Source: a virus
Lineage: Duplodnaviria > Caudoviricetes
DNA length: 64,000 bases
Strand: one strand, 5' to 3'
IMG/VR virus record: IMGVR_UViG_3300012952_003952
Coordinates: 1 to 64,000 of that record
In this document: positions 7,760 through 16,485 of the stretch, piece by piece
Layout of the letters: the number at the start of each line of letters is the position of its first letter
Numbering within the stretch: position 1 is the stretch's first letter
Position numbers and translations under genes: made by a program
Notes under the pieces: model-generated
Databases searched by the model: none
The model's input: the letters and a program-made list of their open reading frames with translations, nothing else
What the model was told of the DNA's origin: nothing

Positions 7760-8030
7760 GGGGCCAGTATGGGGGCCCACTGATGGGGCCTATTTTCACC
7801 CCCTATTGGGGCCCCCGAGAAGGCCCCCATTTTTGCCTTTTTAGGCCCCATCTGAGGCCCCTCTGCGGCTCAATCGGGCTTTCTGTCGGGGTGGTTGCCT
7901 AAGGTCGTGTATTTTTTTTCCAGAAAATTTTTTGAAACCAAAAGGCCTTTTTTCTCAGCGCGGTTAAAAATAGAAAATGCTTAGAAACCAAAAATTTTTC
8001 CCGAGAAAATCTGAGGCTAAATGGGTATAG
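7760..8030. other. Non-coding element: phased GGCC boxes followed by A/T tracts
   Basis: GGCC cores at 7762, 7774, 7787, 7810, 7822, 7844 and 7856; poly-A/T tracts 7910-8010. Confidence 0.6.
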
Positions 8031-8079
8031 TACGCAGATAGTGTACAGATTGCTAGAAAATCTTATAATTAAAAGTGTT

Positions 8080-8337
8080 ATGAAAGCAAAAAACAAAAAG
8101 ATAGTCAAGGCTAAACTCGAAGAGGCAGTCCGTATGCTAGAAAATGAAGGGTGTCCTTCCAGCTATCTCGAAGAGTACATAACAGAAATGATGGGCGGTG
8201 AATACGAGCTTTTAAAAGATGAACAGTTACCAGAGGTGCTGGTCTTTATCGAGTACGCCTTGGCCATAAGGCTTCCTGATTATGGAGACTTCAGCGAAGA
8301 GCTTCTACAGAAAAAAGAAATCTTAGGCCTAAAATGA
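8080..8337 (+). CDS. Hypothetical protein
   Basis: ATG at 8080 (the track starts at GTG 8041); stop overlaps the next start. Confidence 0.65.
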   Translation: MKAKNKKIVKAKLEEAVRMLENEGCPSSYLEEYITEMMGGEYELLKDEQLPEVLVFIEYALAIRLPDYGDFSEELLQKKEILGLK

Positions 8338-8669
8338 GGGTCACGATTAAGCAGTTACAGGACCTGGTGGCCGAGGCACGGGGTGAACTTTCAGAGGCGC
8401 AAGCACAACCCCTCAATCCGGTAGGAGATCCTATCTCCGACGAGTATATCGAGGAATTCATATCGGACCTTAAGATGGAGCTCCTCGCTGCGTACATGGA
8501 TGACATTGAGTGGACGGAAGATAAACTGGGTCCCATGGATGCCTTCGAAGACCAGGTTGACGAGATGCTCTCGCAAGTTGAGTTTTACGTGCGTAATCGT
8601 CTCTTAGACCTGTGGGCCGGGCAGTTTGTGGGTGTGGTCTCGTTTAATGAGGCGGACTATGCGGATTAA
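8334..8669 (+). CDS. Acidic protein with degenerate leader (MRVTIKQLQDLVAE)
   Basis: N-terminus resembles the MKITKRQL family. Confidence 0.75.
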   Translation: MRVTIKQLQDLVAEARGELSEAQAQPLNPVGDPISDEYIEEFISDLKMELLAAYMDDIEWTEDKLGPMDAFEDQVDEMLSQVEFYVRNRLLDLWAGQFVGVVSFNEADYAD

Positions 8670-8856
8670 GGAGTATTCTCGTTATAACCCGTATCGTGTC
8701 CAACCCATCCAAAAGTCGGAGGACTATTCCGATCGACATGGATCTGAGCCGCGGGTTCCACCGAAAAAAGAATATGCACCCGTTAAAAGGCTTTTTCGAG
8801 AGAGGGAGGTTATTCAGCCTGTCGGGGTTGGAGTCTTCTTAAGTCGGTGGGCTTAA
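8659..8856 (+). CDS. Small hypothetical protein
   Basis: GAGG before the ATG at 8659; overlaps the previous stop. Confidence 0.45.
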   Translation: MRIKEYSRYNPYRVQPIQKSEDYSDRHGSEPRVPPKKEYAPVKRLFREREVIQPVGVGVFLSRWA

Positions 8857-9137
8857 CGCAGTTTCCTCACTCCTCGTTTTAATTTATTATACGATCGAGT
8901 ATAGTTATTGGTACTAATGTTTCCGCACATGCATAGAAGCTAGTATTTGGAGTCGCTGTTGTTATCCTTATATAATAGAACATGTCACGCACGTAAGGGA
9001 GAATACTCTCCACTTTCGAAAGGTATATTCACTTATGCCGACTTTCACGGAGTGACTGATGACTATTCTGATAACGCTGTAAACGGATATAGGGCCTGTG
9101 ATCATTATGTAGTGGACCGGGATGATTGTCGCGATAC

Positions 9138-9164
9138 GCGACCGGAAGACCGGTCGCATTTTTT
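9138..9164 (+). terminator. Intrinsic terminator-like hairpin
   Basis: GCGACCGG-AAGA-CCGGTCGC followed by ATTTTTT. Confidence 0.7.
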
Positions 9165-9256
9165 AATTTTTAAGGGGCCTGTTTTTCCGAACGAGGCGGG
9201 CCGAAACTGCCATCCGGCAGTTTAGGTTATTGTAATAAAAAAGAATTGGGCTAAAA

Positions 9257-9862
9257 ATGAAGGTTACGAGAAAACAATTAAGGGGAATTATAAGCGAGCA
9301 TATTGAGCTTTTAAAAGAAGAAGAATATGACTGCATTAAAGATTATATGCTCATGGGTTTTTCTCGTAGCGAGGCCATAAAAAAATGTCGAGAGCCGGAC
9401 GACCGCTCTGGCGGTCAGTATAACCGAAGCCGTTACCAGCCAAAGCCTCGTAAAACTTCTTATGTTGGGGCCGGGGCTAATGTTGAAAAAATTGGAGCGG
9501 TCGAATCTGCCTTAGACGCGAAATCTGGAAGGCACGAATTCCTTCAATCAATATTAAAGCAATTAAAGGCAGGGAGAGGTTTATCCGCGAAACAAAATGC
9601 GGTGGTAAAAAAGATCCTTGTAAAGATCGACCCTGAATCAGCTAGCCTTTTTGAAACCAACAGAAAAGAAGCTTATGGAAAAATTCTTTCTGAAAATCTA
9701 TATAAGTTAGTTAAAAAACATGCAGTTGGTGGCGGTGGCCGTACAATGAATGACATGATAGACGATGCTATGGAAGACCCTATGTTTAAAGACTTAGGCG
9801 CAACTAAAGATGAGTTATTAGACGCATTCGACGATTACATGGATGACCTGGCAGGATACTAA
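9257..9862 (+). CDS. Leader-family protein 1 (MKVTRKQLRGIISE)
   Basis: Shared N-terminal leader. Confidence 0.85.
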   Translation: MKVTRKQLRGIISEHIELLKEEEYDCIKDYMLMGFSRSEAIKKCREPDDRSGGQYNRSRYQPKPRKTSYVGAGANVEKIGAVESALDAKSGRHEFLQSILKQLKAGRGLSAKQNAVVKKILVKIDPESASLFETNRKEAYGKILSENLYKLVKKHAVGGGGRTMNDMIDDAMEDPMFKDLGATKDELLDAFDDYMDDLAGY

Positions 9863-9863
9863 A

Positions 9864-10103
9864 ATGAAAATTACTAAAAGACAACTTAGACAGATTATTA
9901 AAGAAGAGAAAGCTCTGCTTGAGGAGCAGTACCGTTCTGGAACTATGAGGGCTGAACAGATCGTTGATATGCTACATGGTAAAGGCGAACCACACACTGA
10001 TATTCTTAGAGCTCTTTATAGCGAAATTCCCGAAGCAGTTATTCCTGTATTGGAAAAATACGCGATGGATAAAGGCATAAACGTTAAATCAGAGAGAGAC
10101 TAA
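9864..10103 (+). CDS. Leader-family protein 2 (MKITKRQLRQIIKEE)
   Basis: Leader begins at ATG 9864. Confidence 0.85.
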   Translation: MKITKRQLRQIIKEEKALLEEQYRSGTMRAEQIVDMLHGKGEPHTDILRALYSEIPEAVIPVLEKYAMDKGINVKSERD

Positions 10104-10104
10104 A

Positions 10105-10449
10105 GTGAAAATTACTAAAAAGCAGCTGCGTCAGATTATTAAAGAATCTTTTCTTACCGAGGGTTCTTCAGCCACTTATTACGGTTCGGGCGGTGATGAT
10201 GAAGTTGAAGTCCGGATTTCTGTACGGTATTCTGACGACGGTTCAGCGGCAATTGATTGGGATGTTAAAAAAGAAAAGTGGAATAGCGAATACAGAGAAA
10301 TGGAAACTGTGACGGTTCATGAAGGCGAGGATAATGATGATCTCAAGCTTTCTAATCTTGACGCGTTATACGAAAAGATCGATGATGATGCCATGGAGCA
10401 AGCTATTTACAGAGCTATGGATAGTTTTAAAGAGGGTGAGTACTACTAA
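10105..10449 (+). CDS. Leader-family protein 3 (MKITKKQLRQIIKES)
   Basis: GTG start; shared leader; acidic cargo. Confidence 0.85.
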   Translation: MKITKKQLRQIIKESFLTEGSSATYYGSGGDDEVEVRISVRYSDDGSAAIDWDVKKEKWNSEYREMETVTVHEGEDNDDLKLSNLDALYEKIDDDAMEQAIYRAMDSFKEGEYY

Positions 10450-11102
10450 TGAAAATCACACGTAGACAACTAAGAAGAATTATTAAAGAGTCCCTTCTTG
10501 TAGAGGGAGAGATGCAAGACATTATTGTTAACTCTTACGAAGACGTAGAACTATATAACATCCTTGCAAACTACGCTCTCAATAACGATATTCAGGGCGC
10601 ACTTGCTGATCCTGAAATAAAGCCTTACGTTGAAAAGAACGAAGTGGGGTGGATATCTGATGAAGCTGGTGGGTGGTTTGAAAACGTTGGAGAATACGAC
10701 GAGATGCCAGCACCAGAAGGTTGGGACAGCCAAAAGGCATACAAGTTCTTAAGAGATCTTGAGGATGCAGCTTGGAAAGTATACGATAAGCAGGCGAGTG
10801 CAGCCATAAAGAACGATCCTGACAAAGAGTTCTTAGAGTTCTTAGGCAATGAGTTCACAAGCATGATAGAGCCCAATGACCTGCCAGATATTAAGTGGAA
10901 AGAGTATAAAAAGTATATTCGAATTAAACCCCCTCGCTCTATATCACATGGCGTTGGAGAGATTAATGTTTCGAAAGAAAGTATCAAAGGTCTCTACCCA
11001 GGCGCCTACGAAGACTTTACAGACTTTTTAACTACACGTACAGGTGGTCAGCTTGGAAGACGCGCACCATACAAGAAATCACCACCACCGATTTACGACT
11101 AG
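10449..11102 (+). CDS. Leader-family protein 4 (MKITRRQLRRIIKES)
   Basis: TAATG coupling; shared leader. Confidence 0.85.
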   Translation: MKITRRQLRRIIKESLLVEGEMQDIIVNSYEDVELYNILANYALNNDIQGALADPEIKPYVEKNEVGWISDEAGGWFENVGEYDEMPAPEGWDSQKAYKFLRDLEDAAWKVYDKQASAAIKNDPDKEFLEFLGNEFTSMIEPNDLPDIKWKEYKKYIRIKPPRSISHGVGEINVSKESIKGLYPGAYEDFTDFLTTRTGGQLGRRAPYKKSPPPIYD

Positions 11103-11110
11103 AGATTATT

Positions 11111-11569
11111 ATGAAAATCACAAAAAGACAGCTTAGAAAACTTATTAGAGAAGCCGAAGGCACTACTAAAAAATATGATGACGATTCTGCTCTACGTGGA
11201 GACCAAGATGAATTACCCGACGTGTTGCAGAAAGGCATTATTGATAAAGCAGTAGAAGACCGTGAAGAGAGAGAAGAAGAAGAAAAGAATGAATCTTTTT
11301 CTATTACCAGGCGCCAGCTTAGGGGAATCATCGCCGAGCTTGGTATCGACCGCATGACAAGTGGTGATAGAGATCCTCGATTAGATGATCAGGACGACAT
11401 TTCCCTTGGCGAAGAAACTTTACAAAAAATGGTTATGCATCTTCAGGCGCTAAATGATTTAGTAACGAGTGAAGCCGGTCAACGGACTGTAGGTGGTAAG
11501 AAAGAAGCAGAACAGATTAAAGCTTTATTACCGTGGGCTCAAGACTATCTAGCATATTGGAGATCATAA
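11111..11569 (+). CDS. Leader-family protein 5, with an internal second leader copy
   Basis: MKITKRQLRKLIRE at the start and SITRRQLRGIIAE internally. Confidence 0.85.
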   Translation: MKITKRQLRKLIREAEGTTKKYDDDSALRGDQDELPDVLQKGIIDKAVEDREEREEEEKNESFSITRRQLRGIIAELGIDRMTSGDRDPRLDDQDDISLGEETLQKMVMHLQALNDLVTSEAGQRTVGGKKEAEQIKALLPWAQDYLAYWRS

Positions 11570-11570
11570 A

Positions 11571-11906
11571 ATGAAAATCACAAAAAGGCAACTTAGAGGA
11601 TTAATTAGAGAGATGTTTATCAAAGAGTACGGAGACGCTCAGGCAATAATACGTAGAGGTCGTTATCCCGACACTAAGCCTCAAACGACGTCCGCACATC
11701 GTCAATCTCTCACATCACAACTTTATGAGGCTGTTATAGAAGTACTTGAGGGAAGGCCTGGCATGTCCGGGGCAGAATTAGTTGATACGGTTAATCAAAT
11801 GCTTCCGTCCGTTGATGCTGAACTGATATACGACTTCCTTGACGAGCTTCTAGAAGACGGTGAAGTCTTCTTCGATGTTGAAGAAGATGCGTGGAGTTTG
11901 ACGTGA
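11571..11906 (+). CDS. Leader-family protein 6, possible C-terminal winged-helix-like fold
   Basis: MKITKRQLRGLIRE; ...MSGAELVDTV...LIYDFLDELLEDGEVFFDVEEDAWSL. Confidence 0.8.
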   Translation: MKITKRQLRGLIREMFIKEYGDAQAIIRRGRYPDTKPQTTSAHRQSLTSQLYEAVIEVLEGRPGMSGAELVDTVNQMLPSVDAELIYDFLDELLEDGEVFFDVEEDAWSLT

Positions 11907-12631
11907 AAATCACTAAGAGGCAGCTTAAAAGAATCGTGGAAAGTAGTTACGAAGAGATCAAAAGAATTCGTGACAGTGGTGACTACTCTTGGCGCGACAT
12001 GGAATACGAAGTAGTAGACCTAATGCAGTCTATGCAGACATTTCCAGCACAAGATGTTATTGATATAATGTATGATGCACTTGATGCCGAAGATAGAGAA
12101 GATGCGAGCTTCTGGCATATGATGTTAGGCAACGGCGGCCATCTTTATCAAGCGCTAGACGGATTAAAGGCTACTGCCGATGAAGAGTATGATCCAGATA
12201 TCCCAATGCAAGAAGCCATGACGCAGACTGCTCATCCCAGATACGGACTTGGTAAGAATATTGCTGATGCTGAATTTCCTATTGCTGTTGGATATGAAGG
12301 CCGATCTGAGACCGTATATGACCAAGATGCTTTAGATGAGCTATTAGATTATCTAACAGTCGATAATAACATTGCTTATTCTCTAGAGTCTCTCCGCGAG
12401 TTAGAGCCTGATAGTGATCCTGTTGGCGCAGGAATCGAAACCTACAGCGAAAGTTTGGTTTTAGAAAAAGTTAACCCTGCGCTTGCAGAGATTGAAAATC
12501 AACTAAGACACACAATGGCAGAGTACATCGACACTTACATGATGTCTATGAGTATGAACCCTGGCGACGTGGCCGACAGGCGGAGAGTCTACCAAAGACT
12601 TGAAGCTCTTGCATCTACACTTATGGAATAA
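11903..12631 (+). CDS. Leader-family protein 7 (MKITKRQLKRIVE)
   Basis: GTG at 11903 overlaps the previous TGA. Confidence 0.85.
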   Translation: MKITKRQLKRIVESSYEEIKRIRDSGDYSWRDMEYEVVDLMQSMQTFPAQDVIDIMYDALDAEDREDASFWHMMLGNGGHLYQALDGLKATADEEYDPDIPMQEAMTQTAHPRYGLGKNIADAEFPIAVGYEGRSETVYDQDALDELLDYLTVDNNIAYSLESLRELEPDSDPVGAGIETYSESLVLEKVNPALAEIENQLRHTMAEYIDTYMMSMSMNPGDVADRRRVYQRLEALASTLME

Positions 12632-12633
12632 AA

Positions 12634-13290
12634 ATGAAAATTACTAAGAGACAATTATTATTACTCGTACGCGAAGCACGTGGTGAAAGTGTTGATGAGG
12701 TCGGTGCAGGTGACGCTGGAGAACTAGAAGTAAACTTATATTCAAACGATGAAGTCAAAGAAGACCAAGAGCTAGTAAATGAGCAATACGTAGTCATGGC
12801 TAATCCAGGTTTTTCTAAGATGAAATCTAGAGCTTCAGATGATCTATTGAGAATATTGGGTAAGACTCAAAAGATGGATGAACAAAAAATAGAAGAAAAT
12901 ATCAACCACATCGTAGGCTCTCTTTTGCAAGAAGGTACAATTTATGTATCTCGCGGATATATGGGCACTCCCATGGTAGAGGATGAAAACGAAGATGCGA
13001 TACTGGCTGGAGAAATGATCAGAGCACTTCTGGACGCTGGAGATGATGATATATTCCAAGCTCCACAAGGTGTGTCATCAGAGGCGCTGCAGAAACTTTT
13101 AAAACAAGACAAAGAAAACCCGCAAGGGTCAATTGAAAACTGGGATAACGACGTATTTTCTGATTATTACAGTGTAGACTTAGATCGAGTTATTCGTCTT
13201 TACGCTAGATTGAAAAATCTCACTGTTGAAGAAATATCAGAAGATGATGAAGATGATGGTACATACGATTTCGAGAGTACTTATTCATGA
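12634..13290 (+). CDS. Leader-family protein 8 (MKITKRQLLLLVRE)
   Basis: Shared leader; very acidic. Confidence 0.85.
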   Translation: MKITKRQLLLLVREARGESVDEVGAGDAGELEVNLYSNDEVKEDQELVNEQYVVMANPGFSKMKSRASDDLLRILGKTQKMDEQKIEENINHIVGSLLQEGTIYVSRGYMGTPMVEDENEDAILAGEMIRALLDAGDDDIFQAPQGVSSEALQKLLKQDKENPQGSIENWDNDVFSDYYSVDLDRVIRLYARLKNLTVEEISEDDEDDGTYDFESTYS

Positions 13291-13406
13291 AGAGATGGCT
13301 TAAACGTAAGGGGATAACTGGTAAAGATATATTCTATATGCTTGCCGGTCTTGTTCCTTTGACTCTATTCGTTGGCCTTGGAATATACGCAGTGGTGGTA
13401 GCTTAA
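13287..13406 (+). CDS. 39-aa membrane peptide (MKRWLKRKGITGKDIFYMLAGLVPLTLFVGLGIYAVVVA)
   Basis: ATGA overlap with the previous stop; fills the gap exactly; one transmembrane segment. Confidence 0.6.
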   Translation: MKRWLKRKGITGKDIFYMLAGLVPLTLFVGLGIYAVVVA

Positions 13407-13407
13407 C

Positions 13408-13617
13408 ATGAAAATTACAAGAAAGCAGCTTAGACAGATTATTAACGAAGCTATAATTTTTGAACAAGGGTGCGCCGATCGAGAAGATGGCTGCATCAGA
13501 CAAGATAAAGATGGCACGTGGTATATACTTAACAATAAGAAAGGTGGAGTCTGGAAAAGAGGTTATAAATCTAAACAGTCCGCGAAAGATTCATTAGCAG
13601 CAATGCACGCAAGGTAG
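13408..13617 (+). CDS. Leader-family protein 9
   Basis: MKITRKQLRQIINE. Confidence 0.85.
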   Translation: MKITRKQLRQIINEAIIFEQGCADREDGCIRQDKDGTWYILNNKKGGVWKRGYKSKQSAKDSLAAMHAR

Positions 13618-13623
13618 AATAAA

Positions 13624-13878
13624 ATGAAAATCACAAAAAAGCAATTAAAGAAAGTTATCAATGAAGTCACCATGGGTGGGGTTGGTCCTGGCTTCCGGGG
13701 ATTTCACGCAGGCGATCAGCACAATAATATTAATGAAGCCATTCCTGGCCCCTTGGGAGATCTAGAAGGTTTGGTTAAACAAGTTTTGGCTATATTTGCT
13801 AGCATGGAACCTGGCCCGGACAGAAATGGGGAAATTTATATGCTGATTGATGAGCTTGAAGATATAGCTAGTAGGTAA
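13624..13878 (+). CDS. Leader-family protein 10
   Basis: MKITKKQLKKVINE. Confidence 0.85.
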   Translation: MKITKKQLKKVINEVTMGGVGPGFRGFHAGDQHNNINEAIPGPLGDLEGLVKQVLAIFASMEPGPDRNGEIYMLIDELEDIASR

Positions 13879-13882
13879 TAAC

Positions 13883-14113
13883 ATGAAAATCACAAAACGA
13901 CGATTAAGAAGAATTATTGCAGAAGAGAAACAGAAGCTTCATGAAGAGCGTCCTGGAAGGGCACAGAGAATGAAAGCTTTCGTTAAGTTGTTGGGAGCAG
14001 CTGAAGAGTATGCTGATTTACATGGGGTAGAAGACGCTATTGACCAGCTACAGATAATCATAGACGACCTCAAAGACGAACTTGAGGGCAACCCCATGGA
14101 TGAAGAGTTTTAA
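13883..14113 (+). CDS. Leader-family protein 11
   Basis: MKITKRRLRRIIAEE. Confidence 0.85.
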   Translation: MKITKRRLRRIIAEEKQKLHEERPGRAQRMKAFVKLLGAAEEYADLHGVEDAIDQLQIIIDDLKDELEGNPMDEEF

Positions 14114-14114
14114 G

Positions 14115-14342
14115 ATGAAAATCACAAAAAGACAACTGCGAAGAATTATCAAAGAAGAGAAGCAGAAACTTGCTGAAGAGATTAGCTACACAATTCCTGG
14201 CATGGACTCCACACCTTACGTAAGGAAAATGGGAGTTGTTCTACAGGATCTTGCCGATCAGAACGCTAGCCAAGAAGAACTAGTTCTAGTACTTCAGGGA
14301 CTTATCGACAACGTTAATGACGGTTGGTATCACGAGGATTAA
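14115..14342 (+). CDS. Leader-family protein 12
   Basis: MKITKRQLRRIIKEE from ATG 14115. Confidence 0.85.
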   Translation: MKITKRQLRRIIKEEKQKLAEEISYTIPGMDSTPYVRKMGVVLQDLADQNASQEELVLVLQGLIDNVNDGWYHED

Positions 14343-14343
14343 A

Positions 14344-14640
14344 ATGAAAATTACAAAGAGACAACTTAAGAGAATTGTTGCAGAAGCTATTCGCGGAAGT
14401 AGCGTAAGAACTCAAGCACCATTTATCGATACTGTAATAGCAGCACTTGAAGCTGGAGACCCAGTAACCGCTGCAAATGCGGTGATGGACAGCTATATGA
14501 TTGATGACACTTTTGTTGAAGAAGAAGACGCTCTAATAGATATATTAGGCGGTCTCCCGTATGGAGCTTCTGTTGACCAAATAGAAATGGCTGCTGAAGC
14601 TTGGTTAAAAAATTATCGCGCTGGTAATCTGCGCCCTTAG
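14344..14640 (+). CDS. Leader-family protein 13
   Basis: MKITKRQLKRIVAE from ATG 14344. Confidence 0.85.
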   Translation: MKITKRQLKRIVAEAIRGSSVRTQAPFIDTVIAALEAGDPVTAANAVMDSYMIDDTFVEEEDALIDILGGLPYGASVDQIEMAAEAWLKNYRAGNLRP

Positions 14641-14655
14641 AAATCAGAGAATAGA

Positions 14656-14955
14656 GTGAAAATCACGAAAAGAAAACTGCTGAAGATTATTAGAGAGCAA
14701 CTTGAGCTTGAAGTAATTCCTTTACAAGTTGACGTAGAATCTCCAAAAAAGATGGGTGATGGCGGACCAGCGAAAATGGTTAAAGCGCAACTGTTTCAAG
14801 TTGCAAAAGACGCCCAATCTTTAAATGATAAACTAAGTGAAGAAGATGAGCTTCCAGAGTGGGTGCAAAGTAAAGTTGCAGTAATGTCTGACAACATGAG
14901 CGCTGTGGCAGATTATCTTCAATATAAAATACACAAGCACGATAATAATGGTTAA
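14656..14955 (+). CDS. Leader-family protein 14 (LPEWVQSKV cargo)
   Basis: GTG start; MKITKRKLLKIIRE. Confidence 0.85.
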   Translation: MKITKRKLLKIIREQLELEVIPLQVDVESPKKMGDGGPAKMVKAQLFQVAKDAQSLNDKLSEEDELPEWVQSKVAVMSDNMSAVADYLQYKIHKHDNNG

Positions 14956-15017
14956 AATATTTAATATATAGAGATATCAGGAGTATTCTCCGTGATTAAC
15001 ATCAACAAGGATTCAAA

Positions 15018-15488
15018 ATGAAGATTACAAGAAGACAGCTTAGGAGACTTATTAGAGAGTCTTGCGGAGATGCTCCAGCAGTTGCCGAACCTGTTGCAGT
15101 TGAACTTGCACCAGCTGCACCTGTTTTAGAAAGCGCAACCCCAGAAGCAGATTTAATGATAGAAATGGAAGTGGCCAGTCGGGCACTTGAACAAGTAGTA
15201 GAGTCAGTTCAAAATGCTGCTCACTTATGCCAAGACTGTGTACCAGAAGTAGCAGCCCAAGCTCCACTCATGGAAGCAATGGTGTCTCAAGCGGTAGCAC
15301 TTCAGGAAAGCTTAGAAGCCCAAGCAATGGTAGTTGCAGAGTCTGCTGAAGAAGATCTTCCAGTATTAGACGCAATAGCAGATGCTGCGGAAATGGTGGC
15401 GGATGTTGTAGATCCTATTGCTGAGAGAAGACAGTCTCGTAAGGGAGTAACAATGGGCTTTAGCGGTCCTGGTTTTGGTGGAAAATAA
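15018..15488 (+). CDS. Leader-family protein 15, Ala/Glu-rich helical
   Basis: MKITRRQLRRLIRE. Confidence 0.85.
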   Translation: MKITRRQLRRLIRESCGDAPAVAEPVAVELAPAAPVLESATPEADLMIEMEVASRALEQVVESVQNAAHLCQDCVPEVAAQAPLMEAMVSQAVALQESLEAQAMVVAESAEEDLPVLDAIADAAEMVADVVDPIAERRQSRKGVTMGFSGPGFGGK

Positions 15489-15490
15489 TT

Positions 15491-16117
15491 ATGAAAATTA
15501 CTAAAAGACAACTTAGAAGAATTATTCGTGAAGAATCCCACGAATATGGTGGCGGTGCTCATGAGTATAAAAGAGATGACGGCCACAGAGCTGGCGACGT
15601 AGGTGGCCACTATAAAGACTATGAAGGGCACTGGGGCGGTGATGAGGGAGATGATTCCGAAACGCATCCAGGTCATAAAGATTATGAGGGTGACGATGTA
15701 CACCACAAAGCTAAAGCAGCTGTTGCAGCAATCCAAGATCTTGCCAGTGCTGCCGGTGCAGATATAGAAATGGAAGTTGGAGATGATGATCTCGAACCCG
15801 GTGGGCAAGATCTAGGAGTAACAATGGAAAATAGACGTAGAAGAAGAGTCGCTAGACTTTCAGAAAGACAGCTTAGAAGAATCATTCGCGAAGAAAAGAG
15901 AAGACTTCGCGAAGACAGTATCGATGATGAGTTAGATAATCTTCACAAAAACATCGGAGATGATATAGACCACATCAAAGATCTTAAAGATGATATTCAC
16001 GACGAAAGAGAAGAAGAGCACCGAGCTGAATTAGAAAAAGAACGCCATGAGGAATCTCTGCGAAGAGAAATCAGAAAAATGGTTAGAGAAGCTAGGCGCA
16101 GTAGAAGAAGAAGATAA
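15491..16117 (+). CDS. Leader-family protein 16, His/Asp/Gly-rich with an internal leader copy
   Basis: MKITKRQLRRIIREE; internal LSERQLRRIIREE; Arg-rich C-terminus. Confidence 0.85.
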   Translation: MKITKRQLRRIIREESHEYGGGAHEYKRDDGHRAGDVGGHYKDYEGHWGGDEGDDSETHPGHKDYEGDDVHHKAKAAVAAIQDLASAAGADIEMEVGDDDLEPGGQDLGVTMENRRRRRVARLSERQLRRIIREEKRRLREDSIDDELDNLHKNIGDDIDHIKDLKDDIHDEREEEHRAELEKERHEESLRREIRKMVREARRSRRRR

Positions 16118-16136
16118 TTCTGTTGTAGGAAATTAA

Positions 16137-16481
16137 ATGCTTAGTGAAAAAAAACTAATTCAAATTATTCGTGAAGAACTTGAAGCTGATAGTAAAAAGA
16201 TCCCTACCGGCGATGTAGACGTTGCGAAAGGCCCTGAGTCTATCGAAGACGTAGAAGCTAGAGAAGGCGCTTGGGCTGGTGGAGATAATTTAGTTTTAGA
16301 CGTAGACCAACCTAAAGCCTCCGGCGCGGAGAGTAATACTAAAGGGCAAGAAATAATGAAAATTACTGAAAGCTTAAACAAGGTTGTCTACGAACTAGAA
16401 AACGCTCAAAAAAGAGGGATCCCGCCGCAAGCTTTTACTTTACTTGAGTTATACAAGCTGCAAGATAAATTTAAGAAATAA
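16137..16481 (+). CDS. Protein with degenerate leader (MLSEKKLIQIIREE)
   Basis: Leader-like N-terminus; AGGA RBS. Confidence 0.75.
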   Translation: MLSEKKLIQIIREELEADSKKIPTGDVDVAKGPESIEDVEAREGAWAGGDNLVLDVDQPKASGAESNTKGQEIMKITESLNKVVYELENAQKRGIPPQAFTLLELYKLQDKFKK

Positions 16482-16485
16482 TTAG

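Noticed and set aside
9056-9062. Hammerhead ribozyme core CTGATGA
   Set aside because: No stem II hairpin followed by GAAA at the required position.
8917-9225. TAG stop-codon reassignment (in-frame TAG at 8941 after ATG 8917, and a similar case near 1806 on the minus strand)
   Set aside because: Long conserved genes contain no internal TAG, and many genes end in TAG directly before the next gene.
15302-15885. Antisense ORFs over leader-family genes 15-16
   Set aside because: They are shadow frames of low-complexity sense genes with no RBS or family features.
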